64,000 nucleotides of DNA, taken from Azolla caroliniana. Lineage: Eukaryota > Plantae > Polypodiophyta. The stretch covers positions 12,958,001 to 13,022,000 of the forward strand of contig JBHGNT010000006.1 in the NCBI GenBank assembly GCA_043228905.1, in the 5' to 3' direction. Positions 1 to 12,600 of the stretch are shown piece by piece. The number at the start of each line of letters is the position of its first letter. Position 1 is the first letter of the stretch. Made by a program: the position numbers and the translations under genes. A model generated the notes under the pieces. It had not been told where the DNA came from and did not search any database. It was given only the letters and a program-made list of their open reading frames with translations.

Positions 1-1082
1 ATGTTACGGCTCGTAAAGTCTAGCAAGCCGGCCTATGGTGGCCGACTACGCAAAAGGATGCGTATGAATCTTGCAAACAATGTGATCTGTGTCAACGGAT
101 GGGCCAGCCCACGAAGGTCGCAAGGATGCCACATCAACCAGTGTTGCTGTTGGATCCATTCCAAAAATGGGGACTCAATTTCGTGGGGTCGTTTACATCG
201 GCAGCAACTCGGACTGGCAATAAATATATACTCATGGCTACTAATTATTGCACCAAGTGGGTGGACGCAAAAGCACTACAAGAAAATATCGCGGCAGTGA
301 CAACAAAATTTCTTTACGAACACATCTGGTGTTGTTTTGGCTGCCCTATCGAGCTCATCAGCGACCAAGGAAGCCACTTTCTAAATTCGTTCATCCGAGA
401 GTTGACACAACACTATGCCATTGTCCACAAGAAAAGCAAGCCATATTATCCACAGGCGAATGGTTTAGCGGAGTCCACGAACAAAACGTTACAAACCATA
501 CTAAAAAAGATCATCAATGAGAATAGAACAGACTGGGATACCAAATTACACAGCGCGTTATGGGCATACCGAACCAGCTATAAGACTAGTGTATAATCCT
601 CGCCTTTCCGGCTAGCATTTGGGCTAGGGGTCGTAATGCCTGTCGAATTTCAGGTACCCAGTGTGCAGATTCAGGTACGAGACCGGCTATTAGAAGACAA
701 ATCCGAACAAATACGACTATAGCATCTGCTCGAACTAGGCAAGACACAAGTATGAATCATGGCCATACTGGAACAAGAGCAGCGTCGACGTAAAGCATTC
801 GTGGACCGGCATCAAAATGCGTGTGAAAAAGATTTTGCGGTCGGCAAAGCGGTCTTAGTCTTTCAAACACGGATGGGACAAATGCCAGGTAAATTAAGAT
901 TCTGTTGGACGGGGCCGTACTGGATAGTTGGCACGGAAAACAACACGCTTCAACTAGGCACTCTAGTCGGAGAAGTGTTACGACAAAAGGTGAATGGGTT
1001 TCAACTAAAACCCTACCTGGGACCGGTGGCACCAAACCCGTTCAATGCCATAAACGACACGGCCGAAGAATACGCGAATTAA
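1..1082 (+). pseudogene. Gypsy integrase (zinc-finger end, rve core, GPY/F region) with stops and frameshifts
   Basis: ORFs 99-596 and 759-1082 carry the rve D,D(35)E-region motifs and the KLRFCWTGPY motif. Confidence 0.92.
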
Positions 1083-1225
1083 TTAAAGGGACCCACCTGT
1101 ATTATAGTGTAACAATAATATTGTATTTAACCGTTAGAGAAAAAAAGAAAAGAAAAAGATAGTGACGCTATTAAAAGGACTTGATGCATGCACAAACTTC
1201 TAGAGCAAGAACACGCGGCACCACA

Positions 1226-4022
1226 ATGGCTCACAGACCAATGAACCCTAGGCCACAAAAAGAAGAAAATAGAAGGTTTTCTGCACAGTACAGAAACCAA
1301 TCTTCAACCTTTAACCCTCCTCGCTCTCGTCGATCTCCTCACTCACCTTACTCCCCATCATACCACAAAGCCCACGTTCGCCATAGCCAGCAAACCTCAC
1401 CCACTACCCACGAGTCTCACCCACCTACGATGCCGATCACTATTTCTGCCGCCTTGCGCAAATGGCTCCTCGAAAAGAGACTAGATGGATATATCAAAGT
1501 CACTGAGGCACCTGCTCACCCTGAAGCCCTAGAAATTGCCAGGAAGCTCAATATAGACACGGTCACCAACGCTACCATCCGGAAGAAGCTTAACTTATCA
1601 TAGCTCGGAGAAAAACATTTCAACATCCCTTCTACGGAAACCTTGCAAAAATATTTCGGGGCATATTCGGTGTCCGCCAAAGCATACAGGACGAAGGAAA
1701 TCCCCAGCCCCTTCTTTCAAGAAATAGCCAAGTTTTTGTTGGAGGTAGGATGTGTGCACGTAAATGCCTATGGGATGCCAAAGCAGAAGGCAGGCAGGCA
1801 TCATTGATACCTTCGAAGGGCGCGCGGTCGATTGGGGGATAATTACGGGACCAGCTTTACGGGAAGGTTTGCACACGTATCAGGGCGGCAAAAAGCTAAG
1901 GCCAATCATACAACAGTATCTGACAATACTATTTCCACCCCGAGGTTTGCCCACAGCACAACCCAGCAAACCCATGCCGCCACCACGTTCCGCAAAACGG
2001 AGGTTAGCGGAGTTGGATACCACAGAATGGGAAGATGAACCACAATCTTCCTAGCCCAGCACGCGAACAACACAGGGAGAACGGCTGGCAAGCTGGGAGC
2101 AAGCTCCGCATGAGCAGGAAGCCGAGCAACGCCAGGAAAGCCCGAGGCCGAAACGGCGTAGGCTGGATAGGAAAGATGGGCGCGGACTAGTCAAAGACAC
2201 AACCGTGGACACAGGCACGACTGCCTTGGTCGATAGTTCCACAACTACGGAGCCCAACACCACTTTTGAAATAATCTGGGAACCATGGCCGATCATTACG
2301 GCCCAGTCGCAGCGTGGGAAAGGCCTACTCACGGCGGAAAGCAAAGTCCTAAAGTATCCAGACATCCCAGATACAGCCCATGAGTTCAGTGCACTACTAC
2401 AATTTGGAACAACTTACGAACTCATGGAATTTTTGGCAACGCAACAAATTAAGGTATCGCAAAGAATGGCAAAAGAGCACGCAAAACAACAGATGATTGA
2501 GCGTGCACTCACACAAATAGCGGAAAGTGAGGACGAAGGGCCTCTAGCCAAGGAAGGCAGGCAACGGAATGCGGGGATTCAGTGTATGGGCATTGAACTA
2601 CCTCCTCTGAATGCGGCCCTGGTCGAGGTACTTCGGGAATTGGCTCGAGTGAGTGTGGGGGCCAAGGATATGGCTAGCAAAAATAAAAACGTGTGGAAAA
2701 CAGTCAAGTTGACGCAAGCCCAATTACAGAAGGCCCAAGAGTGCATTACGGAGCTCGAACAGAGCGTCACTGGGGCACCGCAAAATCTCGAACCAACAGC
2801 GGGTGAGGACCCCTCGATAACCCTACAGGAGGAGATTGTTGCACAACAAGCCATCGCTGCTAAAGCAAAAAGGGCTACACCGTTTGCGGAGTCCGAGATT
2901 GACTGCCTCCATTCCAAACTCTGCCAATCCTCCGACAAGGAAAAGGACATCTAGGCCAAAGGCCGAAAGGCGGTGAAGGCACTCGAAGAGAAACTTGAAG
3001 CGGAGGCAGCAACGCACACCCGCACGAAAGAAGAAAACACCAAACTATGGGAGGAAGCCCAAAAGTCGGAAGCGGTGATCGCAGGACTCTGGGCGTTCTT
3101 GGAAAAGAAGAAAGCATGGTACAACGAGCAGCTTGCACGAGAACAAGAGGTGAGGCATCAGGTCGAAGTCCGCCTGAACAATGAAATGGGCCGGTTGGAG
3201 GAATTACACTCAAAAGAATCTCAGATATGGGCAGGGATGAAGAACCATTACGAGGAAGCGGTTGCGGTTAATAAGCAAGAAATCGAAAACCTCAAAAAAA
3301 ACCCTGGAAGAAGCGCAAAACCACTGCCAAGTAATAACCGACAACATGTGCATACTTCTTCAAACAAATCGGGAGAGGTTTATGGCGCAATTACAAGCAG
3401 CGCTAGACAAAGGATGGATGGCGTGGGCAACACAAGCGGTGAGGGTCATACCTACTGGGTAGACTGGGAGAACCGTAGAAAAGAAGGCCGAGGTTTCTAC
3501 AAACTCAATGAGGAAGGCATTGTGGCATTACGCAAGGACCTAGCACAGGATTATCGCATGCTAGCGGACCAACACTCTGAGGAACTCACGCAGCTACTGG
3601 ACGATTTCGGTGAAAGTCAGGAGGATATGTTTCACCGAATCATGGAAGCAGGCAGCACGCGACAAAGAGCGGAGCCCATCGCGATACCAGAAAGTGATAC
3701 CGCCGAAGAGGAGGAACCTCAGCCCGATTCACTGGAGATGACAACTACGGCCGGCAACACTGAGGAAGTTACGGACAGGACAAAGCCTCAGCCTACCGAG
3801 AGCCCGCAGACGGAAGAGCCAGCTACAATAGAACGGAATGAGCCAGCAGAGTCAGGTCCGCCCACGCAAGGAGAAGTTGACGCCATGGAAACACCCACGA
3901 CGACGAACGAGCAAGTACAAGACATGCAACCGAGAAACGGCGCACCTACGAGCACTGCGTCGTCCCCGGACCAGTATGTAGGAGCGGAACCAAACATCCA
4001 GGATATTTTGGAGGAAGAATAG
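1226..4022 (+). pseudogene. Extra sense-strand ORF of G1 (about 930 codons, disrupted): Ser/Pro-rich N-terminus, globular domain, coiled coil, acidic tail
   Basis: ORF pieces 1181-1603, 1764-2054, 2205-2954 and 2973-4022 are collinear with 58382-61227 (-). Shared motifs include LRKWLLEKRLDGY, FEGRAVDWGIITGPALREGLH, HEFSALLQF and WENRRKEGRGFYKLNEE. Confidence 0.85.
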
Positions 4023-4026
4023 AGGG

Positions 4027-4067
4027 ATGGGTTCGGCGTGCCATGGCACTGTCCCACAAGCGTGCCC
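4027..4067 (+). other. tRNA 3'-half-like element (inverted PBS) at the PPT position of G1
   Basis: ATGGG TTCGG CGTGCCATGGCACT GT CCCAC AAGCGTGCCC, then gg, then the LTR TG. Conserved in the other two Gypsy copies. Confidence 0.7.
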
Positions 4068-4069
4068 GG

Positions 4070-4541
4070 TGTTGTCCACCGGAATCGTAATCGACGGACA
4101 GAAGCACAAAAATATTATAATATAGTAAAGTGTTAAGAAATGAATGTAACGGTTCACGCGGGAAGCGTGAACGGCTAAAAGCTCTATGTATATAAAGGGC
4201 AAAAATCCTCTGTAAGAGGTAGCGTGTAATTTTGAGTGCAGGATGTTTTTCTAATAGAATTCTCTCTTCTCTGATCTCTATGCATATCTGTGTCTATCTA
4301 TGTGACAGTTCATTGTTACTCTGTTGCGTATTGTTTAAATTGTAAGTGTGTGAAAGCGTAAGTGTGTATACTAGTGCACTTCATAAGGAGTTCGGTTGTA
4401 GTCGTATCCCTTATACACTACCAAGATACGAGGTGGTATCCCATCACTCTTTACTCGAAAATGGTTCCATTCCTTGTAACATGGTCACCTTGAGGTCTAC
4501 CTCGAAGGACTGAGCGTAGACAATGTTCCTAATCGGTAACA
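4070..4541 (+). repeat. 3' LTR of G1 (472 bp)
   Basis: TG...CA termini, TATATAAAGGGC box, and similarity at both ends to 57896-58334. Confidence 0.88.
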
Positions 4542-5454
4542 ACTTCTTTGCCAATTCCATACTCTATCCGAATGTTGTGTTACATTCGTCTCCGACTGGG
4601 ACAAGACTCCCTTGTCCTTCCTCCTTGCCTCCTCATTTAGGATGCTTGTCTTTACAGTTTGTAAAGACAAGTTCTCTTCTTGACAAGATGTGTTGAGAGT
4701 AACCACCAGGTTCTCCCAGCTATCCGGTAGTGTGCACATCAGCTGAATGGCCTGCATCGCATCATCCAGGGGAAACATGGTTGCAGCAAGTTGATTCACA
4801 TACCCCATGAATGTGTTGATGTGTTCGACGATGCTCTCACCATCTCTGTATTTCAGTCATACGATCTTTCTCATCAGTGAGGTTGTATTGAGCACTTTCT
4901 TCCTCTCATATAGACCCAACAGCTTCTACCACATCTCGTGTGCATTTGTGTCATTCGCTACATGTTGCAAGACACTTACGTCGACGCATTGTTGGATGGT
5001 GGCCACCGCCTTTCTATTAAGAAGTTTCCAATTCGACTCCAATACCCCCCTGGGTATATTTGCTCTGTCGACTAGCTCGTATAGGTCTTTGACTTTGAGA
5101 AGGTCCTCCATCTTTATCTTCCATTCTGCATAGTTCTGTGAGTTTACAACTATCATGCCCAGGAAGCCGCTCACACCTCCTTCCATGCTTGCACCTCAAG
5201 CTCTAATACCAAATTGTTGAGAATCGATTCGTAAAACCACAAGATCAAACGATACTGAAAATACACAACACAGCCACACAACGATATAGTACACAGAGAT
5301 TTACGTGGAAACCCTAAAACGGGAGAAAACCACGAGAGAGGAAAAACTTCACTATAGAGTGGATGTCCAAGACAAAGATTACAACACTCTGATTATGAGT
5401 GTATCAACCACACAGGGTTCTTGGCATCTACTGTTATGTACATAGCTATGGCAC

Positions 5455-5505
<51 letters not shown>

Positions 5506-5781
5506 GTGTCTCTCTTACGCACACTTCTCACGCATCGTCTGTTTTCCCTAGATGTATTTATACTGGTACATCGTATGGAGTATTTACAATTGTAGCCACT
5601 GCTACATATCATTACTATTATTATTACTATAATAATAATAATAATATATTTAAACAATTGACTCTCTATTGTCGACTCTTGGACTGTCGGCTATTTCGGA
5701 ACAATCGGTTCCTTCGAATCTTTGATTGTCGGCTACTTTCAGACAATCGGTTCCTCCCATTGGAGGGACATATCCCCAACA
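4542..5781 (-). mobile_element. Ty1/Copia element A, 5' part (5' LTR 5215-5781, tRNA-iMet PBS at about 5198-5211, gag fragment), interrupted by G1
   Basis: Gag motifs NYAEWKIKMEDLL and LPDSWENLVVTL. The PBS TGGTATTAGAGC lies next to an LTR with TG...CA ends. Confidence 0.88.
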
Positions 5782-6016
5782 CTCAGTTAGTATATAACTG
5801 AGTTTGTAACTAGTTTGTAAGTGGTTGGTTGCCGCCATTCATTGTAACTTTGAGATTTGAATAGTACAATTATAGTTTGTGCCACTTTTTCTCTCTCTCT
5901 CACTATATCTTGATCTTGATTCTGATTAAGTTGCCTTGCTTTGTTCATTGATTCATCTTGATTAAGTCTATCAGCATGTTGTTTCTATTTCTACACTAAT
6001 GACCTTGTTCACAACA
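5782..6016 (+). repeat. Probable 3' part of another LTR, into which Copia A inserted
   Basis: TATA-like TATATAA and a U5-like T-rich tract ending ...TTCACAACA, where LINE sequence resumes. Confidence 0.45.
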
Positions 6017-9000
6017 CCTGCAATATAACCAACATACATTCCCCCACTTGATTGTGCCTTGCACCTGGCATAATTAAATAGGTAGCCAACCCCCCGCCAT
6101 ATTCTATGGGTCTTTGGGCAGTCCCACAATGCATGTCAGATTGACTTTGTTACATTTGAGCATGCCACACAATTAGGAGAGGTAAGGATCCCACGCCCTC
6201 AGACTCCAGTCGGTAATGACCTATATATTACTAGCCATTAGAACGTGACTCTGTTACATTTGAGCACGCCGTGCACAATTAGGAGAGGTAAGGATCCCAC
6301 GCCGCCACACTCCAATTGGTAGTGACCTATGTATTGCTAGCCATTAGAACGTGGTAATTCGCCTAGTGTGGTGTTGTTTCCATATTTTCTGCCAAAATTT
6401 GGTAATAATTACATGGGCAACATGATATGTGTGCCAAATCTTTGCAACAGTCGGCTCTTGGATGGTTTGAGCAGCTAGAATGTGGTGTCTCAATCTAGTC
6501 GTGAATTGGAAGAAAGGGATGACTTTGCTTCCTGGACCTGCATAAGGATCGCGCCACATCCATTGCAAAGGGTCCCAACTTACGTTACATAACCATGTGT
6601 TTTCATGAATACATATGTGCCATTATGGTTGTACTTTGATTCGATCGAGGTCTACAATCCATTTACGACTTGTATATGTGAGTACTCGAATTGCCATGTT
6701 CAATGTTGGTACCTCATTGTCTCGCATTTCATGGCCTTGGATCCTGTCCCATGTCTCCCCACACCTTGGGATGAAGAAGCCCTCCTCCTCATAGCCTATC
6801 CACTTCTCCATTGCCATCCTTTGATTAGAAATCTCATAGTCCATTTGCCCCTAATTCCATGGAGTATGTTGGGTTGATCTTGTAGTGGTAATGACATAAA
6901 CCATCTCCAACATTCTATACTCTTTCCTGAACCTTCTACATTGTTTTCCCATGATAACCCCTTACTTGATCCAATTAGTTGACCGGATTCATCTCTGATA
7001 CATGGTTCCACAAGATGTGTTGACTCAGCCAAGCAAGTCCAGAGTTAGGTTGATCACACTTGAGTCCTCGTCTTATGTCACACCACGCCATCAACATGGA
7101 TGCACTGAATCTATCCTCCGATTGGCATGAGAAACTTGGTTTGAGATCCATGTTTAGAATCCATCTTGGCTGAGGGGCCCAATTGGCCCCTTTCTGTGGT
7201 GTAAAGTAAGCAAAGCATGTTCACAATAGTATTTTCTTGCAGTCATTCCCTAGTTGGAGTCCTTGTACCACAAATTCTATATCCAAGAGGCATTGGCGAG
7301 AGTACGGCACAGGAAGACCACGTAGATTTAGATGTCACAAATTGAGAAAGCTAGAGAGTGCTTCAGCATATAAGAGAAATAGGGATGGAGCTAATGGGCA
7401 TCCTTGTCGCAAACATCATGATATTGGGAAGACGGGGGCCCTTGCACCTGCTAGTGATACACAACTATTGGCATTCCTATAGAGGGTTGTAGTGCCTTTG
7501 ATCCATAACTCTTGGAAGTCGAGTTTCTATCACACTTTCTAGAAAATTCCAGCAATGCCCTATCATAGGCTTTCTTGAAATCCAGTAGCACCACAACTAC
7601 CTTGTTGTTGGTATGCTTGGCAAGGGTTGCGGCTTCCCAGAATGAGAAAAGATTTTCTAGGATGCTCTGATTTTTAACGAACCCTATATGCGAGGGATGA
7701 ATTATTTGAGGAAGATGTGGTGCTAGGCGGTGTGCCACAATTTTTGCGAGCAACTTATAGACAATATTGAGAAGAGTTATGAACCGCCACTTACTGTCAT
7801 TGGCATTCCCACCACTTTTAGGAATTAGATGGATCATCCCCTGTCCAAATGCATTCGGCATATTTCTAGAGGTGATGATCTCCTCATATGCATGGAGCAG
7901 TTCTTCTTTAATAATATCCCAAAGATTAGTGAAGAATTACGGAGTGAGCCATCAATTCCAGGACAGTTATCTCCATCCCATATTTTGATGATTGATAAGG
8001 GACTATAAGCCATGTATTCATTTCCAACGTGACTTTCTGGGGTATGCGCTAAAGGATAATTTCTTCTCTTGTGTCTTCCCCTGTGGCCAAGCTATCTTCG
8101 GTAAGTAGCCTCTTATAATAAGTTATGGCTACATTTCCTCATTTTGTCGCCATCCTCTTGGTTGAGGTTACGCATCATTGTTCTAGCATGTCTCAAGCCC
8201 TTGGAGCAGAAGAAATCCTTCTGTTGGCTGGTTTGGACGACCAAGTATGAAAAGACTAAGAAACGGTTATCCACCGAACTGAAGACGGGTGGGGCTGAGC
8301 AAAGTAGTAAAGAAGGCTGAACTTAAAACGACAATAATTATTATTATCAGTAGTGGTTCACGCTCTATTCGTAACCGCCCATGATCCCTATTAAAAGGGA
8401 CATGGAAAACATGTAAAAGCTAATCAAATAGTCTTGTATCAAGTTGTTTTGAATATAGAAATATGTTTTGTTGATACGTTGTCTCTATGTTCTGTGTCGA
8501 AGGTTATCTGTGTTGAGTTTCCTTACGTGTTCGGTATATCGTATACGTAGCCAATCAGTTGTTGCCGGCTCAGGTTCAATTTCCACAGTCTCCATAGTCA
8601 CAACAATTTCATTCATACGTGCTTTGTTGCAATCGGATCTCACTAAACGACGCCACATAACTACCCTTCCCCGACCACAAGACCTTGAGTCGGATACCAA
8701 AGGAACGAGTATTTGCCATCGTGTTACCTTAAGCCGGTAACACTTTTGGCACGTGTCGAGCCATGCTTACATGAAACTGCATGTCATAAATTACCTTTCT
8801 GCCATGTTGAGTTCTTGTTTGGCCATGGGAACCTCTCCCGCGATCCAACTACATGATGGGTATCTCTCTTGGAGTCGTTGTAGGGCGATTGGTCCCCGTC
8901 TTGTCCTCTATCTCTTTTCTTGAGCATTCTTACTTCTTGTCTTGATGATCTCATGTAATAAATTTGAGGCTCTTGTTAGTTTAATTAAAGTTTGTTTGTT

Positions 9001-9660
9001 GTTGATGAGTCGTTGACAGGCAGGGACCATTGGGCGATGAGTTGTTCCTTCATCTCTGTAGTCGTGTAAATAATGTGAGGGATTCGAGGCTGAAATGGGC
9101 CTCAAGTTTGGTGCAATTGAAAATGACCGATTATCGAGTAGTGATCGAAGAAAGTCGTGCTTGGAGTTACGCGATACTAGCCTCCCATCGCTTCCAAAGC
9201 AGCTCCCACATATATGCGATCAATGCGAGATAAGGTGGGTCCACTATTTGGCCCATCTAATTGGGAAAATAAGAGAGAGTCCCTTTGCGTTGGAAATTGT
9301 CTAAATGCCAAATATCACTCAAGTTAAGATGGACACATAACTTCTCCCATTGTGTTGTTAGAATTATCGTGACAGGATTCGATCATATTGAAATCCCCTC
9401 CTATGCACCACTCCTCCTCACCCGCTACTTGTAGGCGGATATGCTTCCAAAATGTTGCCCTATCTGTTCTGTTATTCAAAGCGTACACATTCATGATATT
9501 CCAACATTGCCCTCGGATGGCCAACGTGGAAAATGCACCCTACCAAGTATAAGTGTTTCCTGATGTATTCGGCCTTGGGCTAGATGTTCCCAAATCAAAC
9601 TGCAAATACTGCCATGGTTTCCATCATGTCGTATCATTGGTTCCCACATTTTCTGCCACA
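6017..9660 (-). mobile_element. L1-like LINE ORF2 remnant (APE endonuclease, RT, zf-RVT), heavily decayed
   Basis: Endonuclease NVYALN...WCIGGDFNMIE (9324-9524). RT GMIHLIPKSG...WRFITLLNIVYKLLAK...LLDFKKAYDR (7451-7861). zf-RVT-like FWQKIWK near 6350-6400. Confidence 0.88.
8222..8742. mobile_element. Solo LTR (about 521 bp) inserted in the L1 LINE
   Basis: TGTT...AACA termini and a degenerate TSD CCTTC/CTTTT. LINE ORF2 reads through when the insert is removed. Confidence 0.6.
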
Positions 9661-12600
9661 ATCCTGGGGAATATCTAAGATGTAAACATACCAATTTGTC
9701 ATTAAATCTCCAATTGGCGTCAAGAAGGTTAAAGTATTGGATTGGGTAAAGTAGTGAATCCAATATTTTGATGTGACTCAAGACAACTAACATGTTCATG
9801 TTAGTATGCACTTGGCACAAAATGCTCAATGGTGTACCTTTGATCTTGGTTATGAGTTATACACATCTTGATTTAGTCTTGCACATGGGATGACGATAAA
9901 AAACAATCAAAACCAATGGTGGGCCCATTATCTTGATCAAGCTTATTAGAGTTTTGTATTAACATTTTCTTGTTGAGATCTAACGTGGGTTATGATATTA
10001 GTTTATTAAAAAGAGAGATACGCAAAGAGTCATCAACTTGCTTGTACTAGAATAGGTTAAATAAAGATGGGACATGAAGAGCCTTCGAAAAAAGTAAGTC
10101 TAATTGGTATTTAATATTTCAAATTGATACAAATCAGCATTTAATCAACATAATTTATCTCTTAAATAGGTGGTGTTCCTTACTCTTGAAATGACGATTT
10201 TCTAATTGTATCCCAATTTATTTAATGATAACCTTATTAGCAAGCATTCATTAAATCAAGAGTGACAATTGACATTAGTTTGGGTTCAAGTGAACATCAA
10301 TTGAGCTAATGGAATACTTGTATAAAAGTCAATATTCATTATATTAGACACATCAAGACATGGTCAACAGGTCCCATGCTTCAAAAACATATGCCTCTCA
10401 AATAGTGATGCAAACTATTGTCAATTACGTTTTAATTTGTGTTACTCAAATTACAACTTTAACCTTGTACTTAAAAAAAAGTATCTCAAGTAATCCTTGA
10501 CATATGCTCAACCCATCAATTCAGGACGAATTGACTAGATATCAATTTATGTCTTAAATAATTCGAGTACTATAAGTGGAGAGTTAATTAGACATTTATT
10601 TGGTAGCAATATTGTTTATTCAATTATGCATATTTAAATAGATTTACCAAAAGTTGAGTCATCAAGGATGCCTTCATCAAAGATCTTATTATAATAAAAA
10701 AATTGTGATAATTGAGGTTGGATTCCTTAGGGTATACCTTTGTGACCTACCAATATATATATAATGTAGCATGGAATTCTACCTAAGCAAAAGAAATGTC
10801 ATTAGTACAAATTTTTCAGACAAGCTTTAGATCAAACTAACCTTGTTTGATAGAAGGTTCCTTGGTGTTTCTCCGAATAATTAAGGAATAAATCATAATA
10901 CATCCTCATGGCAATAGTCACTATATTACACTTAAATTTTTTGTTTGCGTATAAAAAAAATGGTAAATTTAGTAGGTCCTATACTCTATTCATCACATAA
11001 TACCTAATCTTGTAGGCATTATGGAACTTAGTAGGTTTAGGGGGATTAATAGACCTATAAATTTTGGTGTCAAAGAAACCAAATCATACAACACACTATG
11101 TATGTGTGGGTGGTCTAGCATATACATAATGTTATGCAATTGATAATTATATGGAAATTGGGTAACTCTCAGTTCATCTCTACTTCTGGGAGGCCACGAG
11201 GGTTAGAAGACACGACTTTGCAAAGAAAAGACTCCCCATCTTTTAAAATCGACTATATTTTTAAAAACTCCCCAAAGCCATAGATAGGTTTTTTTTAATG
11301 TACTCAAAAAACAAACAATATATGTTTACGTGTTCATATAAATAATACAATGTGATATCACATTGGTTTCATGAGTCACATGATTTGACAATTTATCACA
11401 CTAAAGCACATTCAAATTGGTTGTGTAATAAATAATGTTCGGAAATTCATCCATATCAATCATGACATTACAAGACATGGTAATCTCTTTATTACAATTG
11501 AAGGTTAATGTATCTATCATTTACATTGGATCCTCCAATGAAGCACATATTAGACAATCCATGGATTGAAAAACATGTTGAATGCAAAGCTATGTATCTA
11601 TGAGATTTCCTTTGAACAATCAATATATATATAAACAATCCCTACGTATTACAAACTTTCTAGATGCTTACAATTCCCATCACATCAACCCTCTTTATAG
11701 GAGTATAAGATTAGAGTAGTAGGTGAGATATCTATTTTGACGACCAAATTGAATGTTAAATATATTTGCATTAAAATGATTTCAATAATTTATGGGTTTA
11801 AGAACCCATAGCAACTTCATTTGTCTTTCTTTACCTTAAAGATATACTTTAGCTACATATTTTAAGTATTCACATATAGTCTTAGAAAGTATACATTCAT
11901 GTGTTAGGACAAATGTCTACAATTCATTGAACCATGATTTGAAATTTACATTGCCTTGGGCTAGTCTTAGAAAGTATAAATTCATGTGTTAGGACAAATG
12001 TCTATGATTCATTGAACTATGATTAGAAAATTTATTTTGCTAACCAACTTTTAATCAAGAAGACAACGTTACCTTTCTTGTGTCATGTCAATGATTTCTC
12101 CTCAATTTAATAAGAAAGGTTCTTTCGACAATGGTAGATTCTAAGTTTGTAGTACATTCCCCTCTCGAGATATGGAACGAACTTTCAAGTAGCATCTCCT
12201 TTATCAGATTTTAGAGAGGAAGACATGATAACTTTCTCAAGTTGTTTGTTAGTTTTGCCTCCTTTCCATCTCATCGAATATATTTTAAATATCATGTACA
12301 AGTAGCTAAAAGTAGATAAAAAACTAGTAGTCCCCAACATCAAGTTAACATCTATTCTAATATGATCCCCTTTAATTGGATCCATAATCGAGCAAAATTG
12401 TGAGACAAATTGTCACATTCTACTTTAAAAGTAAAAACTTGAATCTTGAATGACATTTAAACTTGATTTATCCCCACTCATCATTCTCTCCCCAAAATCT
12501 CTTTATAATGTATGCATGAATTTTAGATACCCTTCTTATTTTAATCGTGCCAAATAATCAAGTAACTAAAGTAAGGCTTGAATGCACAAAAAATGCGTTG

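Larger units (their letters stand above)
1..4541 (+). mobile_element. Ty3/Gypsy LTR retrotransposon copy G1, 3' part (integrase, extra ORF, 3' LTR), decayed
   Basis: Integrase motifs PFQKWGLNFVG, ELISDQGSHF, YYPQANGLAESTNK and WTGPY. A long downstream ORF follows. The LTR TGTTGTCC...GGTAACA (4070-4541) is homologous to the LTR at 57896-58334. The element interrupts a Copia gag at 4542. Confidence 0.93.

Noticed and set aside
1226-4022. Envelope (env) gene
   Set aside because: The position fits, but no signal peptide or hydrophobic transmembrane segment is visible.
4010-4031. Purine-rich GGAGGAAGAATAGAGGGATGGG as a conventional PPT
   Set aside because: It ends about 40 nt before the LTR boundary (fixed by the TSD in G2) and is largely explained by the EEE codons. 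It is kept only as an alternative hypothesis.
5421-5801. Short ORFs with SLSL/ERER/CVCV runs (also 15726-16115, 21132-21635, 42736-42935)
   Set aside because: These are translations of microsatellites within LTRs or intergenic DNA.
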